From Selaginella moellendorffii (lineage: Eukaryota > Plantae > Lycopodiophyta), in the NCBI RefSeq assembly GCF_000143415.4, contig NW_003314265.1:3530443-3594442 (forward strand): 64,000 nucleotides of DNA, written 5' to 3'. The position numbers and the translations under genes are program-made. Of this stretch, positions 23,071-34,570 are shown in pieces. Within the stretch, counting starts at the first letter, position 1. Every line of letters begins with the position of its first letter. Below the pieces are notes generated by a model. It had not been told where the DNA came from, ran no database searches, and worked only from the letters and a program-made list of their open reading frames with translations.

Positions 23071-23799
23071 GCATCTCGTCCTTCCCACTTCGGCACAGCA
23101 TCACCGACGCAAAGGCCTCGCCAAACACATACACATGTGAGTCTCCAAGCACCACGTTTCGCGCACACCAATCCTATAACCAAAACCAAACCAAACATTT
23201 ACAGCAACAGCAGTAATCCATCTGACAAGAACATACCCAGCAATCTGATGTTCCTACCAGAGCCCGCAGCTCTTCATTCATCCTGCAAAAGAACCACCGT
23301 TGTTTTGAAAAAGTACAATGCACATATTCTTACTTTGTGAATGCGAGCTCAGTACCGAACGTTGACAGCTCCAGAGAATGTGATCCATGAGTCGAGATCG
23401 GCGAAGTTCGAGATGTACAGAATAGAAATATCTGTTACGCTCGGATAAGCTACGTGGAAAATTAACACAACTCGGTCCTGCACTCCCCCTATCTCCGGCA
23501 AGCACACGACATACAGTCGCATCCGACTATCACTGCCTCCATTGCCTTGTATAGCCCTAAAACAAGGAGATGCGCGGCAGAATTACTTTTAGCCCCATTT
23601 TTTTGTGTTGCCACCAGCCAGTGAAGCTCAGCGCTATATGAAATAAGACGGAAACTTTATTTATGTCCTCGAAGGACGAAGGGTCCGCTGCTTTCCATTC
23701 GGCAGCTTTGACTCAATTCTTGCAAGCTTTGCATCTTCGTATTTGTAAGAAGATGATCTTACACGTCACGCATTCAAGGTGTCCATCACCATGTTCCCA

Positions 23800-24037
23800 A
23801 TATGTTGCTGCAATTTGTGACTGGACGGTGAAGGAAGCAAGCAAAGTCGACAAATGTTCCAGGACTTGCGTACTTCAGAAAATTATTGACGAGCTTCTTG
23901 AAGACGGTTGATCTGGAACGAATGCTAGTCGAGCAAAGACGGTACTCAATGACGTAGGAGAAGTGCATAAGATTTTCTCCGACCTTGCTGTTTTGGTGAG
24001 AGAGCAAGCCAAGGATTTATTGCCAAGACTTTCGTGA
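23800..24037 (+). pseudogene. Syntaxin (SYP2/Qa-SNARE)-like relic
   Basis: After the in-frame TGA at 23909-23911 the frame reads VLNDVGEVHKIFSDLAVLVREQA, resembling the SYP2 SNARE core IGEVNEIFKDLAVLVHEQG. No TM tail. Confidence 0.45.
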
Positions 24038-25072
24038 AATTAAAGCCCTTGTTGTTTTATTGCTGTATACGAGGAAAGCCAAACGTCTGGAACACCTCTT
24101 TGAGCTCTGACCTTTCCCTCTTCCTCTTTGGCGTATAAGCCTTATATGAACTAGAATTACGTATTTGGAGAGTAGCACAGGAGTACACAGGTCGAGCACG
24201 AACTTACGCCGGACAAGGTGTGGTTCTCTATTTCATCGGGGACCTGATGAACACGGACTTTAGGCGTCCAGTGCTGAGGTGAGCATATTGTTCTCTCCCC
24301 AATGTCGTTATGCTCTCGCCTTGCAGATTTCTGGATTTCCTCCACGGCACACAGAGTGGAGGGGCTTTTACTCAGCGTCATGGCCGAATGGTGGTTGCAG
24401 GGGCATCAGGAGCTCCGAGACCCTCCTCCGTCGGCTGCCACTTTGGCTAGTAGTTCGCAATCTGTACCCTTCGGCATTCCTGTCCACCATCTTGCCTCAA
24501 TTGCAAGTGTCTTGTGGGAATCTTGCAAGCCGCCACATTACTCTTGTACGGCCGAGGAGGAAGAGGACGGGTACTTCACAGCTAAGGAGGCCTTCATGCA
24601 CTCTGAGGACGAGCCCCCCAAGCAGCTTCCTATTCCGCCGTAGATTGTATCGGGCCTCCATGATGATAGAATGCTGGAAACCTCATGGACGCACCGTCCT
24701 AGAGCTGCTGGCTCCTGGAAGAGTGTCTGATGCCGCCCCCAGCCATGCAAAGCTTCCACAGCAACCGCATAGTCCGCTCGATATGTGTGCAATCTGGCAT
24801 CTAAAAGCGCATTCAGGTGAGCGGATTCGTGAGCGTATGCCTTGCAGTGCTATAGCAATCTACTAGTTGTAATTTATTTGAACTTACAGTTTAATTTTCT
24901 TCCCAAAATAGTTGCTATTCTTTAATAGCAATTATGGAGCCCGAAATAGAATCAATAGATCAGAGTGACCCTAAGCTCCAATAAGCTTTGGCAATGGCGT
25001 GCAAGTTTTTCCCGCGGTGATTCTCCACCTTCTCACTTGCGCAAGGAAGAAATTTGCATTGACGAATCTCTA

Positions 25073-25696
25073 CTACACGAGAAGCACCAGGATCATTGAC
25101 AGATTACTCTCGTAGCTTAATTTCGAGGGTGTGCCCTCGATGATCCAGCCACCTTCGTCCCATCCAACCAACGCAACACAAGACCCTCCTGAATGAGCAA
25201 TGAGCCCGAGATTGTTTTCCAGGAAACCTATGGTGGTTGCCACGCTGGGCTCTGGAACAAACACGAATCCTCGGATCTTCTCCACAACCGCACTGCTCGC
25301 GCAGGCCTTGGCAAGCTTTTCTTTATCCAGAACCAGCAAGCACCTGTCCTGGATCTTGGACATTCCCCGCCATTTAGCCTTCACCCTCGCCCACAAGCCC
25401 TCGAACTTTCCGGCCTTGGCGAGGAATCCATCCAGGCCCGCGAGCTGCCCGCTGGAATTCGAGATGCAGCTCAAGCAAGCGGCTTCGAGGCAGCAGGAGC
25501 TCCCCTGCTGCTCGCGGCCGCCAAATCGCGACGCGTCACAGCACTTGATTGACAAGGAATTACGAAGATCATCGCACTGCTGCAGTGGAATCCGCTTGGC
25601 CGTGCAGTAGGAGACGAATCGCGAGCAGCACCATGGATTAGCGAAGTGCTCCGGCCAATCTTCTTCACGCAGCCTCAATCCAAGTCCCCTCTTCAT
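25073..25696 (-). CDS. Hypothetical 207-aa intronless protein
   Basis: Uninterrupted ATG-started ORF with a telomere-like AGGGTTTAGGG motif just upstream (about 25709). No confident family. Confidence 0.5.
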   Translation of the reverse strand: MKRGLGLRLREEDWPEHFANPWCCSRFVSYCTAKRIPLQQCDDLRNSLSIKCCDASRFGGREQQGSSCCLEAACLSCISNSSGQLAGLDGFLAKAGKFEGLWARVKAKWRGMSKIQDRCLLVLDKEKLAKACASSAVVEKIRGFVFVPEPSVATTIGFLENNLGLIAHSGGSCVALVGWDEGGWIIEGTPSKLSYESNLSMILVLLV

Positions 25697-25762
25697 CCAT
25701 CATCAAAGAGGGTTTAGGGCTTACGTACAACAGACCAGGCCGTACGATTACTTCGGCCAAAC

Positions 25763-26888
25763 TTAGTGCAGTTTGTACGGTAGCTGGGGTTTGGGCCAGA
25801 CGAGATCCGCGTCGTACATTATCGTGGCTTGCCGTTTGTCAAACAGCTCTAGAACTTCTTTGAGCTTCGGCACGTCCTCACACAATATAACTATTCACCA
25901 GAAAAAACGCTTGAAGCAAACAAGAGATTTTTGGTTTTCACTACCCACTTCCATAGATGATTCCAGCGTCGTCGGGAAGAAGTTCTTCAGCTGCGGTTCT
26001 TATGGACTCGAGAGCCACCGTTTGTTGCTCCTGGTACAGCAGCAAAGTTCTTTCGAAATCTGGGACTGAGATAAAATATCAATCTTCTTACCCTGTCCAT
26101 TTCAGAGAGCTGTTTCCCCCATTTGAGCATGTTGATGTTAAACTCCGACATCTGAAAAACAAAGTACTAAATCGCCTCCAAAAAATAGGAAAGGAATGCA
26201 AAAATCTTACAGCGTTGACGAGCGTGTTTCGTGGATGAGCTTCGTAAGGTCCCAGATTGGCTGAGATGATGAAGCCGTTCATCCAGCCCATGAAAAGTCT
26301 ATAGGGAACCTGAGAGCAATCTCACTGTCAGCGTCCCAAAAAACACAAGTAAAAACGATAAGAACTGACGTCTTCGGTAAATGAAAACACTGAAACCGAG
26401 TCTATGTATCTGGTATCTGAATCCAGAACCTTCAAAATCTCAATCAAGACTGGAGTCTCCGCCTGAAAGGGCAATGTTCTATCAGTAAAAAGCCAACAAA
26501 CGAGCAAACCTCGACCAAATGTAGGCAGCATGTTGGATAAATGAGGAGAAAGCCCGAGACTCTTTCAATGTGTTCAGCAGCTTGTTCTAAAACCTCCTTG
26601 TGATATTCTACACGAAAGTAACAACAAAACGTGAGTAAGAAACAGAGATCGTTTGAATTTTATACCTGTGAGTCGCTCCTTGTCATTCTCCTTTGAAACA
26701 TTCCTCGCAGCGTACATCATCCTGCTTACAGTGGTTTTCTACAAAACAAGAAGAAAGAAAAGACGAGAGAGAGATTTTTGACTCTCGATTGCGAATGAGT
26801 ACTTGATTACCTTGGCTGTTATCGGGAGATCTTCCAGCAAAACCTCCAAGAGATTGGAACGAGTCATATGCATCACGTATTCGTCCAT
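25763..26888 (-). CDS. TEX47/MOT7/DYBLUF-like BLUF-fold flagellar protein (8 exons)
   Basis: GT-AG splicing gives VSRMMYAAR...RVSGFLLIYPTCCLHLVEAE...FTEDVPYRLFMGW...MLKWGKQL...ELLP...YDADLVWP. This matches the TEX47 pattern (GLLLIYPxCxLHxxE; RLFxxW; C-terminal VWP). Confidence 0.7.
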
Positions 26889-27525
26889 GGTGGTTCTTTC
26901 TTTTTTCCTCGCTCCCTTCCAATGTCAGCTGAAAAAGTGAGCAAATGAGCGCGAAAGAAAAAGTCATTTGTTAGTTAGGGCTTAGGCGCACTTTGAAATC
27001 TTCGCCTACGGAGTACTGCAAACGAGCCTGATCAAGCGTCGATCGATCGAGAAGGAAATTTCCTATCCCCTGGGAGGGCGGAAGTCCGATCCAGATTTCG
27101 AGGACGACTCATCGCGATGGCTGCGCGATGGGGGAGGAGGAGGAGGAGGAGGGAGCGGATGACGAGCAGCAAAACAGATGATTCTAAAGGCGCCATTCGC
27201 AATCTTTGTGCGCTTCGATCGATCTTACTGTTCTTGGGAAGAATGTTCTTAGTATATGCCGACATAGATTAATTTATCTATAAACATGTTTACCATTCTA
27301 AAGCAAGTTGCTAAAGTTGTTTCACCAAAACAATATAAAAAATTATGTAAGTCATGGGGAGTTTACAAGATCACGCTACTTCACGCAATTTTCCGGGAAA
27401 AAAGGTGGGAGAATCAAGCATGTTGTGCCAGATACGATTATCAAAGATCATCGTCAGTAGTATAAAAACTCAACCAATGCAAACTTAACATCCCATCTCC
27501 TCCTTCACAAATATATCAGTTTCTC

Positions 27526-28620
27526 ATGGCCTGTAAACTTCTCTTCCTTGCATTCCTAGCTTTAAGCCTAGGTGATTGTGCACTGGGAGCTCTCAGCTCC
27601 TCGTTCTACGCCACCTCATGCCCGAATCTCACCAACATCGTGCATGCCGCAGTGCAGCAGGTCGTTGCGTCCGAACCCAGAATGTGTGCTTCGCTAATCC
27701 GCCTCTTCTTCCACGATTGTCATGTGAACGTAAGCTCGAACATCGCATTTTCCTTCTTTTAAATGATATAAACTCTGGAATTCAATGGATCATATGCAGG
27801 GCTGCGATGCGTCGATTCTCTTGGCCGGAGCGAGCCTCGAGCAGAACGCGTTCCCGAACATAAACTCGGTGCGAGGATACGACGTTGTCAACAACATCAA
27901 GGCTCTCATCGAGGCCCAGTGCCCCGGGAAGGTGTCTTGCGCGGACGAGCTCGTCTTGATCGCCCAACAATGCGTCACCGCAGTGCGTATATCAACAATG
28001 ATATATCCCATGATCATTTACTAATTGATTTTCCATGCTACGTGCAGCTTGGAGGCCCATCCTGGAGCGTCCTCTTCGGACGAAGGGACAGCCTAAACGC
28101 GAGCCAGTCGGCAGCGAACACAAACCTCCCACCTCCCACCTTCAACGTCTCGGCGCTCATCGCAAACTTCAAGGCCCACGGCCTGTCGCTCCAGGACATG
28201 GTCGCCCTCTCTGGAGCCCACACCGTCGGGAAATCCCACTGCTCCAGCTTCAAGCCCCGCCTCTACGGCCCCTTCCAGGCCCCGGACGCCATGAATCCCA
28301 CCTTCAACACTTCGCTGCAGGGCCAGTGCCCCAACGTGAGCTCCAGCGACAACAATCTCGTGGATCTGGACCAGCTCACGCCGGTGGTGTTCGACAACAA
28401 GTATTTCGTGGATCTCTTGAACGGCACCGGGGTGCTCTTCTCGGACGAGACGCTCGCCATCGGTGGCAACTCCACTGCCGAGTCGCTGGTGTGGACTTAT
28501 GCATCCAACCAGACGCGCTTCTTCCTGGATTTCGTGACTGGGATGATCAACATGGGGAACGAGAGCCCGCTCCAAGCTCCGAATGGACAGATCCGGCTCA
28601 ATTGCTCCCGGGTCAATTGA
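27526..28620 (+). CDS. Class III secretory peroxidase (3 exons)
   Basis: Signal peptide, [55 protein letters not shown]. Confidence 0.95.
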
Positions 28621-29380
28621 TGGCGAATAGTCCCTCTAAGAAGCTGGCCTCTGGCTGAGGTCTCTTTCCAAAGCACTAGTGTGTTTTCTGGAATGAAATG
28701 GATTTGGTTTTTGTTTTTGTTTTAGCTAGCTGCAGCAAGAATCTTCAACGAAATGCCCGAGTGCAATTATTTCCGGCACTCAGGCAACCAACTTAAATAT
28801 GGATCAAAACCAAGCTTCTAAGAGTCATTGATCTGATATCTTTCGTAATGGGATCATATTTCCAAGGTCCACCTACTCAAAAGAATCCTCGTGCATGGAT
28901 GAAGCTTCTTGACAAGTTCCAGCACATGATCTGCAATATTACATGAGTGTGCTGCTGTTTGTGTTCTCGCTGTGCCTTGGACAGACACTGGCACGAACTT
29001 TTATAGTGCCGCGCGCCCAAATCCGGTTGGAAGCGAGGCACATATGTGTCCGCCTCTCCTTTTCACGACTTCCACGTTAACGTAAAAGCTTAAGCTTCGT
29101 TCTGAAGTCTAGCGTGCTTTGAAATGAGCAATGTTATTAAATCTATCGGTCTCATGCGCTGCCAGACTTGTAAACAGCGATGGTTGCTCAAAACACACAG
29201 AGCAGACACGTCCGGTATTTTTCCCGGATGATCTCTCTTTCTCGATTGAATCGACTCAATTCAAGTTCATAGCATGGTATAAGGTGCATGAATGAATGAA
29301 TGAATGTAACCAAAACTATGGAGGAAGTGATATCTATGATTAAAACGCTGCGAAAAATCAAATTGCCCCCTTTCGAAGTT

Positions 29381-29480
29381 AACCGCGAGCCAAGTCCACA
29401 TAGCCTCCCACCCGGCTTCTTCAACGTCTCCGTTTTCATAGCAAACTTCCGGAGTCCGCGCAAGGGGGTGCAAGGCCTCG
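29381..29480 (+). pseudogene. Short decayed peroxidase fragment
   Basis: LPPGFFNVSVFIANF is similar to [15 protein letters not shown] of the neighbouring peroxidase (28125-28170), and the DNA is similar too. Confidence 0.55.
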
Positions 29481-29595
29481 TAAATTGTCTTACTTTGCAT
29501 ATTCGCTGTCGACGGTGGAGATTGGCCGTGAAGTTCGCAACTACCAGAGTCGCTAGAACCAGTTGAAGTATAACAAGGAAAAAAAAAACGAAGAA

Positions 29596-30380
29596 TGGTG
29601 AGAGTGGCGGCCGCTATTTGGGGGTACCTCGAGGGACTGGCGTTGCACAGGCTTTTCGTGCTTGGATTCTGCCGGTGAGAGCGAGAGTTGAAACTGATGG
29701 TCGCGGCTTTGTTCGTTCTAAGACCTGGAATGCAGAAAAAGGAGATGCATTAGATCCGAGCAAAGCATGTCAGTGCTGGACGGACTCGGGCCTATCGATC
29801 TCATACTCGACGACCAGCGCTTTACCTGCTTGGAAGGCTTGTGGACATCAGGTCGCTCGGTCTCTCCCGCCTCGTTGCTTCTTCTTCGTGGTGATGGTTT
29901 GGAGGGTGCACAGGACTTGGAGTCCCCCGCTTCGGCGGAGGCATGCAAGCGGAGATTGCCGAGCTTCGCCAGGACAGACGGAGGCTGGTGAGGTTATTCG
30001 TTTCCTGCCTGAGACACAAAGACACAGGCGTAAGTAAGAGACGTGATTGCAGAGAAAAGAGCTAGAGAAGTACGCAAGGAGGTCGCAAGAAATGAACGAG
30101 CTGAGAGAGAGGCTCAACTTGCTCGACTTGAAGTACCAGTTGCTGCTTGACATGGTATGATGGAAAGAGCTTCCTAAGGAAGAAAAAAAGAAGTAATTCT
30201 TGCCTGCCTTGTTCCTCGCAGTGGACTAGTCGGACTGATGGACAGCAGTCGCCTCCTCCATCTGAATCGGAGCCACCTCCTCCAGCGCCACCACCTTCAA
30301 CCGTGCACAACGTTACAACAACGGTGACCGAACAAACAACCACTGTCCAACAATTACAAGCAAACCTCTCTTCGACTTGA
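29596..30380 (+). CDS. Chibby-family (Cby) basal-body protein, 5 exons
   Basis: Exons 29596-29674, 29736-29851, 29914-29987, 30053-30154 and 30222-30380 give LGPIDLILDDQRFTCLEGLW...AEIAELRQDRRRL...LRERLNLLDLKYQLLLDM. Compare Chibby PTMNLAGQSLKFENGQW...NNLLRLKVDILLDML. The first exon is less certain. Confidence 0.65.
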
Positions 30381-30509
30381 AAAGAGCTGGAAATCATCTG
30401 CTAGAAAAACAAAATGCAAATCAGAAAGAAGCTCACTGTGCTGTACAGTTGACTAAATGAAGAACAAAACAAAACAAAACAAAAAAAAAAAGCGCAAAGC
30501 GTTCGACCA

Positions 30510-31661
30510 TCAAACCACATAAAATGGTAGATCCTGGTCGAGACTCGCCAGTTTCTCAAGATCCTCAACAGAGAACTTGAAGTCAAACAATTTTATGTAC
30601 TCTAGCAGTTTCTCTGGATCGTAGCTTTGAATTACTGAGATTACACCATTCTCAAGTAACCACCGGAGCGCAATCTGTAATTTGGAGCACAAAGTTGAGC
30701 ATTCGACTGTAATGTATAGCCCACCTGATTCGGAGTCTTTCCATGGGTTTCGGCGATTTCTTTGATGACGGAATTGTTAACAACTGAGAGTGGAGGTTGC
30801 CCGCCTAAAGGACGCCATGAGCTCACACGAACGCCCACACCCTGACAGAACTCACGGAGCTGTTTCTGTTGCCACATAGGATGCAACTCAACCTGCATCG
30901 AGTGTTTTTTTTGCTTAGCCACTTCCAAAACTAGAGCGAAAGTTTCGGTACCTGGTTTACTGCGGGGACCACGCTAGCGCTCTCCAATATCTCTTTCACG
31001 TTTTTCGCTGAGAAGTTGCAAACACCCATCGCCTTTGTCAGGCCGCTTTGCACACAGTCTTCGAGAGCCTCCCATATCTCCTGCACGCTTGATGGAAGGG
31101 AAGCGCTCTCCCGCTGATTGGGAGGGTATGTGCAAGATTTCAGAAGCTTCGATGGGGACTGGACCAAGCAAAGATCCAGGTACTCAAGCTGTAGAGCGCT
31201 GCAAAGCCACCAGAATCACAGGCAGAAAGACGCTTTTTTTATGAGAAGGGATTACCTGAGGCTCTTTTCAACAGCAGGTCGAACTTCACCGGCATCAAGA
31301 AGGTGAAACTTAGATGTCACAAAAACCTCCTCGCGTTTCACCAGGCCATCCACAAATCCCTTCTTGAGGCCCTTCCCGACGGCTTCTTCCGTGCCATGAG
31401 CAGCTGCAGTGTCGAAATGTCGATAGCCCATCTGTGCACAAACGTCCAGCACCACTTCCGAGTGAGCTCGAGAGGAAAAACTACTAAAAGTGAGCTCTTT
31501 ACCTTCAGAGCCGAGACAACAGCATCCTGAATCTCGCTTGCAGAGCCAGGTGCCTCGCTGCCGAAGCCCAGAGCTGAAATGCAGGCGTCAGTGTTGAGAA
31601 TCACCACAGGAACTTTAAACAGTAAATGCTGTCGATGATTCGCCTCCGTCACTGTTTCCAT
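30510..31661 (-). CDS. Aldo-keto reductase family protein with degenerate catalytic tetrad
   Basis: ALGFG, GYRHFDTAAAHG, REEVFVTSK, LEYLDL, GVCNFS, PAVNQVELHP, HGKTPNQIALRW. Frame and splice sites are intact. Confidence 0.88.
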
Positions 31662-32261
31662 GAAGAAGGCGAAAACAAACCAAGCGAGTTGATAAGAGGA
31701 GATGAGATCACTCCTTCTTGAAGAGGATCCACCAAACCTAACACACTAGAAATTTATCCGGGTTGCTTCTGAAGAAAAACCGAAGTACGACAAGAAAATA
31801 TAAAAAATAAAAAAAAATAAAAAAAACTAGAAAACCAGCCAAAGAATCGAAGCCAACATCACCATCGACAGACTGGGCCGAGCATTTACTTACACCAGTA
31901 ACTCCCTCCAAAATTTAGTGCCACCAATTCTTGTTGAGCACCCTGAGCAAAGGAACAAGGATGAGAGCTTCTATCGACAGCGACACACGAGGAATGGACT
32001 CAAAAAATAAATGTGCTCGGCTAGCTTAAGAGGACTACGACTGACAGCTGCGAGCCATATGCGACCAAGCACACACTGCGATATATACGAGTCTAAAAAC
32101 TCAATTTGAAGAGGAGGCTCACCTTTTCTCTCAGTGCTACGAGCAACGTGCTCCTTTCCCTTTCGATTTGCGTGGCAATCTCTACTGCAGATGATTCCAT
32201 TCCAACACATACATTAGTGATCCCAAGAGTCCAGAAAAAAATCGAGGCCTGTATAATTTTT

Positions 32262-33500
32262 TCATTCCGCTTTTTGGAGTTCTTCCATTGTTATACCCGT
32301 GTCAATCACGTTTTCTCTGACAAACCTGTGCAATTATCACCTCATTAGTGCGGGGGCCATAACAAAGTCGAGGCTTACCTGGATAGCTTATCCTTGGACG
32401 ATTGCAGAATATAAATGGACATAACCAAGGTTAATAGAAAAGCTGCACGCCCAGTTCCCGGTCAGATAAGACGATATCGAGGACCACGCTGCTTACCAGA
32501 TCCAAACAATATGTAGAAACCTGTTGCAACGTCAATCTCTGACTTCTCTTCCCTGCAATGAAACGCACAAACGACACCTCAAAAGCTCTGTGACCACGTA
32601 AGCGTACCAATTATATCGAACTAGTACGTGTTTTGGCCACTGCGAAGGATCCCAAAACTCTTTGAACGTCCCTTCGTGCTCGGCGACATCTACAAACGAA
32701 TAAAACATGTCATGAAAGGCATCCAAGGGTACGCGATTTACTTACAATCCTCAGGCATCTCGACGACTTTGGCAGAAACGCCTTCCAAATCGCCACCTGT
32801 GTATCTCTGGCAGACAAACAGTAAGCACGCATCTTCTGCACAACTTAAACATCCCACCAGAGTCACGTCAATCATAGGCATTTTGCTGGACTGTCGGCCC
32901 ACGATAAACAGCCATGGGGTGGTAATCCTCTCGTGTCCAAATTGCAAAGATCTGTGCATCAAACTTTAGCTACAAAGGAGATAGAGAAGAGGCGTACATT
33001 TTGTAGGGGTCGGCGCCGCTGTAGCCAACAGGCTTTGGAATTGGGACAACAACCTGAGAGTTTTCATGGTCGTTAGATTCGAGGAATAAAAAGAGGAATT
33101 CAAGCAGGAAGAAACTGATTTTACGTGTTCTCCAAAGAAATGTTAATCTCACATCTACTAATTTACACCGAAGTGGTTTCTAGACGAAAAAAGAAAGCAC
33201 TCTGTCTAGGAGGAAGTAAACTTTTCTGAAAGAAAATCTAGTCTTTCTTTTCTGATCTAAGAATGCTCTACCTCTCTGTTGATCCCAAATCGAGGGCAAT
33301 GGCGCCCCAAGTAATCGTGCCAGGGCGTTCGCATCTAGCAAGCAAGAAATTTCCGTCAAAAGAGGGAAAGAGAATGTAGCTCTACTCACGTTGTGGTACT
33401 GTCCCCTGCGCGCCAGCGGCACGTATTCTCCTAAAAAATAGCCATCGCAAGCTCCGATCGCCGCGATGACGAGCAGCAGGAACAAGGCGGGCGATCCCAT
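32262..33500 (-). CDS. NPU: NO PRIMEXINE AND PLASMA MEMBRANE UNDULATION (At3g51610)-like membrane protein
   Basis: Signal peptide, GQYH, RTPWHDYLGRHCPRFGINREV, PKPVGYSGADPYK, PMIDVTLRYTGGDL, FWDPSQWPKHVLVRY, SEIDV..GFYILFGSG, YILQSSKDKL. Confidence 0.85.
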
Positions 33501-33748
33501 CGCCTCGATAAACCCTAAGAACTGGGAATATTTAGGGCATGGAAACGATTAGAGCCAGTGCTTTGATCGCCTCTTTGATCGAAGAATGGCGCAGCATATG
33601 GCGACTTCTAAAATCCTCAATGTGGACTGAAGCTCTCCAGGCGAAAAGGAAACGATCGAAAGCCTTGTTTCTCAAAAAACATTCGAAAGTTCTTTTTGTC
33701 TCCAACAGTTGTTAGGTTTTTTGACCAAAGGATCCTGGAATTAAACCT

Positions 33749-33795
33749 ATCCCACATGCCGGGGCGTGGATTGAGGCCACTAAAACGGTATATAA
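33749..33795 (+). promoter_or_regulatory. Plant snRNA promoter (USE + TATA) of U1 copy 2
   Basis: ATCCCACATGC at 33749 and TATATAA at 33789. About 85 bp upstream is nearly identical to the copy-1 promoter. Confidence 0.88.
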
Positions 33796-33818
33796 GCTAG
33801 GGCCTGGGGATAAGCTCC

Positions 33819-33970
33819 ATACTTACCTGGACGGGGTCTATTGGTGATCATGAAGGCCAATGGCCTAGGTTTGGATTTCCCATTGCACTATGGCTTGGCC
33901 AGCCTACCATCTTCCCAAATGGACGTCGTAATTTGTGGAAGTTGAGGGCTCGCGTACGCGCGCCCCTCTC
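33819..33970 (+). ncRNA. U1: U1 snRNA variant (9-nt deletion in stem-loop III)
   Basis: ATACTTACCTGG start, loops I and II and the Sm site are intact. Lacks GTGGAGGAG relative to copy 1. Confidence 0.88.
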
Positions 33971-34199
33971 CAAATCAAAGTTCCAAAATAGTAAATCTAT
34001 GACTGGGATCAAAGTATGATCCTTTGTTAGGTTTCATATAGGTCAGAGAGAGTTTTCGTTGCGATGGAAGATTGAGCGATGCGCAGGGGGCACGGGGAGG
34101 AAGAGAGCGTTCGAGTGATGCGAGAGGCACCGCGCTGCTCTCAAGGCGTGCGCGGGGCTGGCGTTCAAAGAAGAGTCTCAGGGCAGAGGCCAAACCGTG

Positions 34200-34570
34200 C
34201 GGGGATTGGCTACTTTACTTCTGTTCTCGTGTTACTTTTCTCGTCGCTCTCAAGGCTTGCTCTAGCTGCGAAAGACGAAAGTATGAAGATCAAGGCTCTG
34301 CCCAAGGCGCGAGAATCCACTCCGATGCTGCGAACCGGGACGTTTTCGTCTTGAATGCTCTGGTGGACATGTATGGCATGGTGGACGCTGGCCGACAGGA
34401 TGCCTTGGGATACGCACAGAATGGCGATGGCGAAGAAGCTCTACTGCTGTTTGCGGTCATGCAGGACGAGGGATGTCTTCCGGGTTCTCCAGCTTTCGTG
34501 ACTGCATGACAGGCTTGGCTGCCTCGCGGAGAGCGAAGAGTGGATGGATGAAGATGAAGGCTTTGGATGT
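34200..34570 (+). pseudogene. PLS-PPR pseudogene fragment
   Basis: VTFLVALKAC, DVFVLNALVDMY, GYAQNGDGEEALLLF..MQDEG, with internal deletions, frameshifts and a stop at 34507. Confidence 0.75.

Noticed and set aside
24302-24643. 113-aa ORF with an FFAT-like EEEEDGYFTAKE motif
   Set aside because: A single short motif in a TE-relic pocket, with no splice or homology support.
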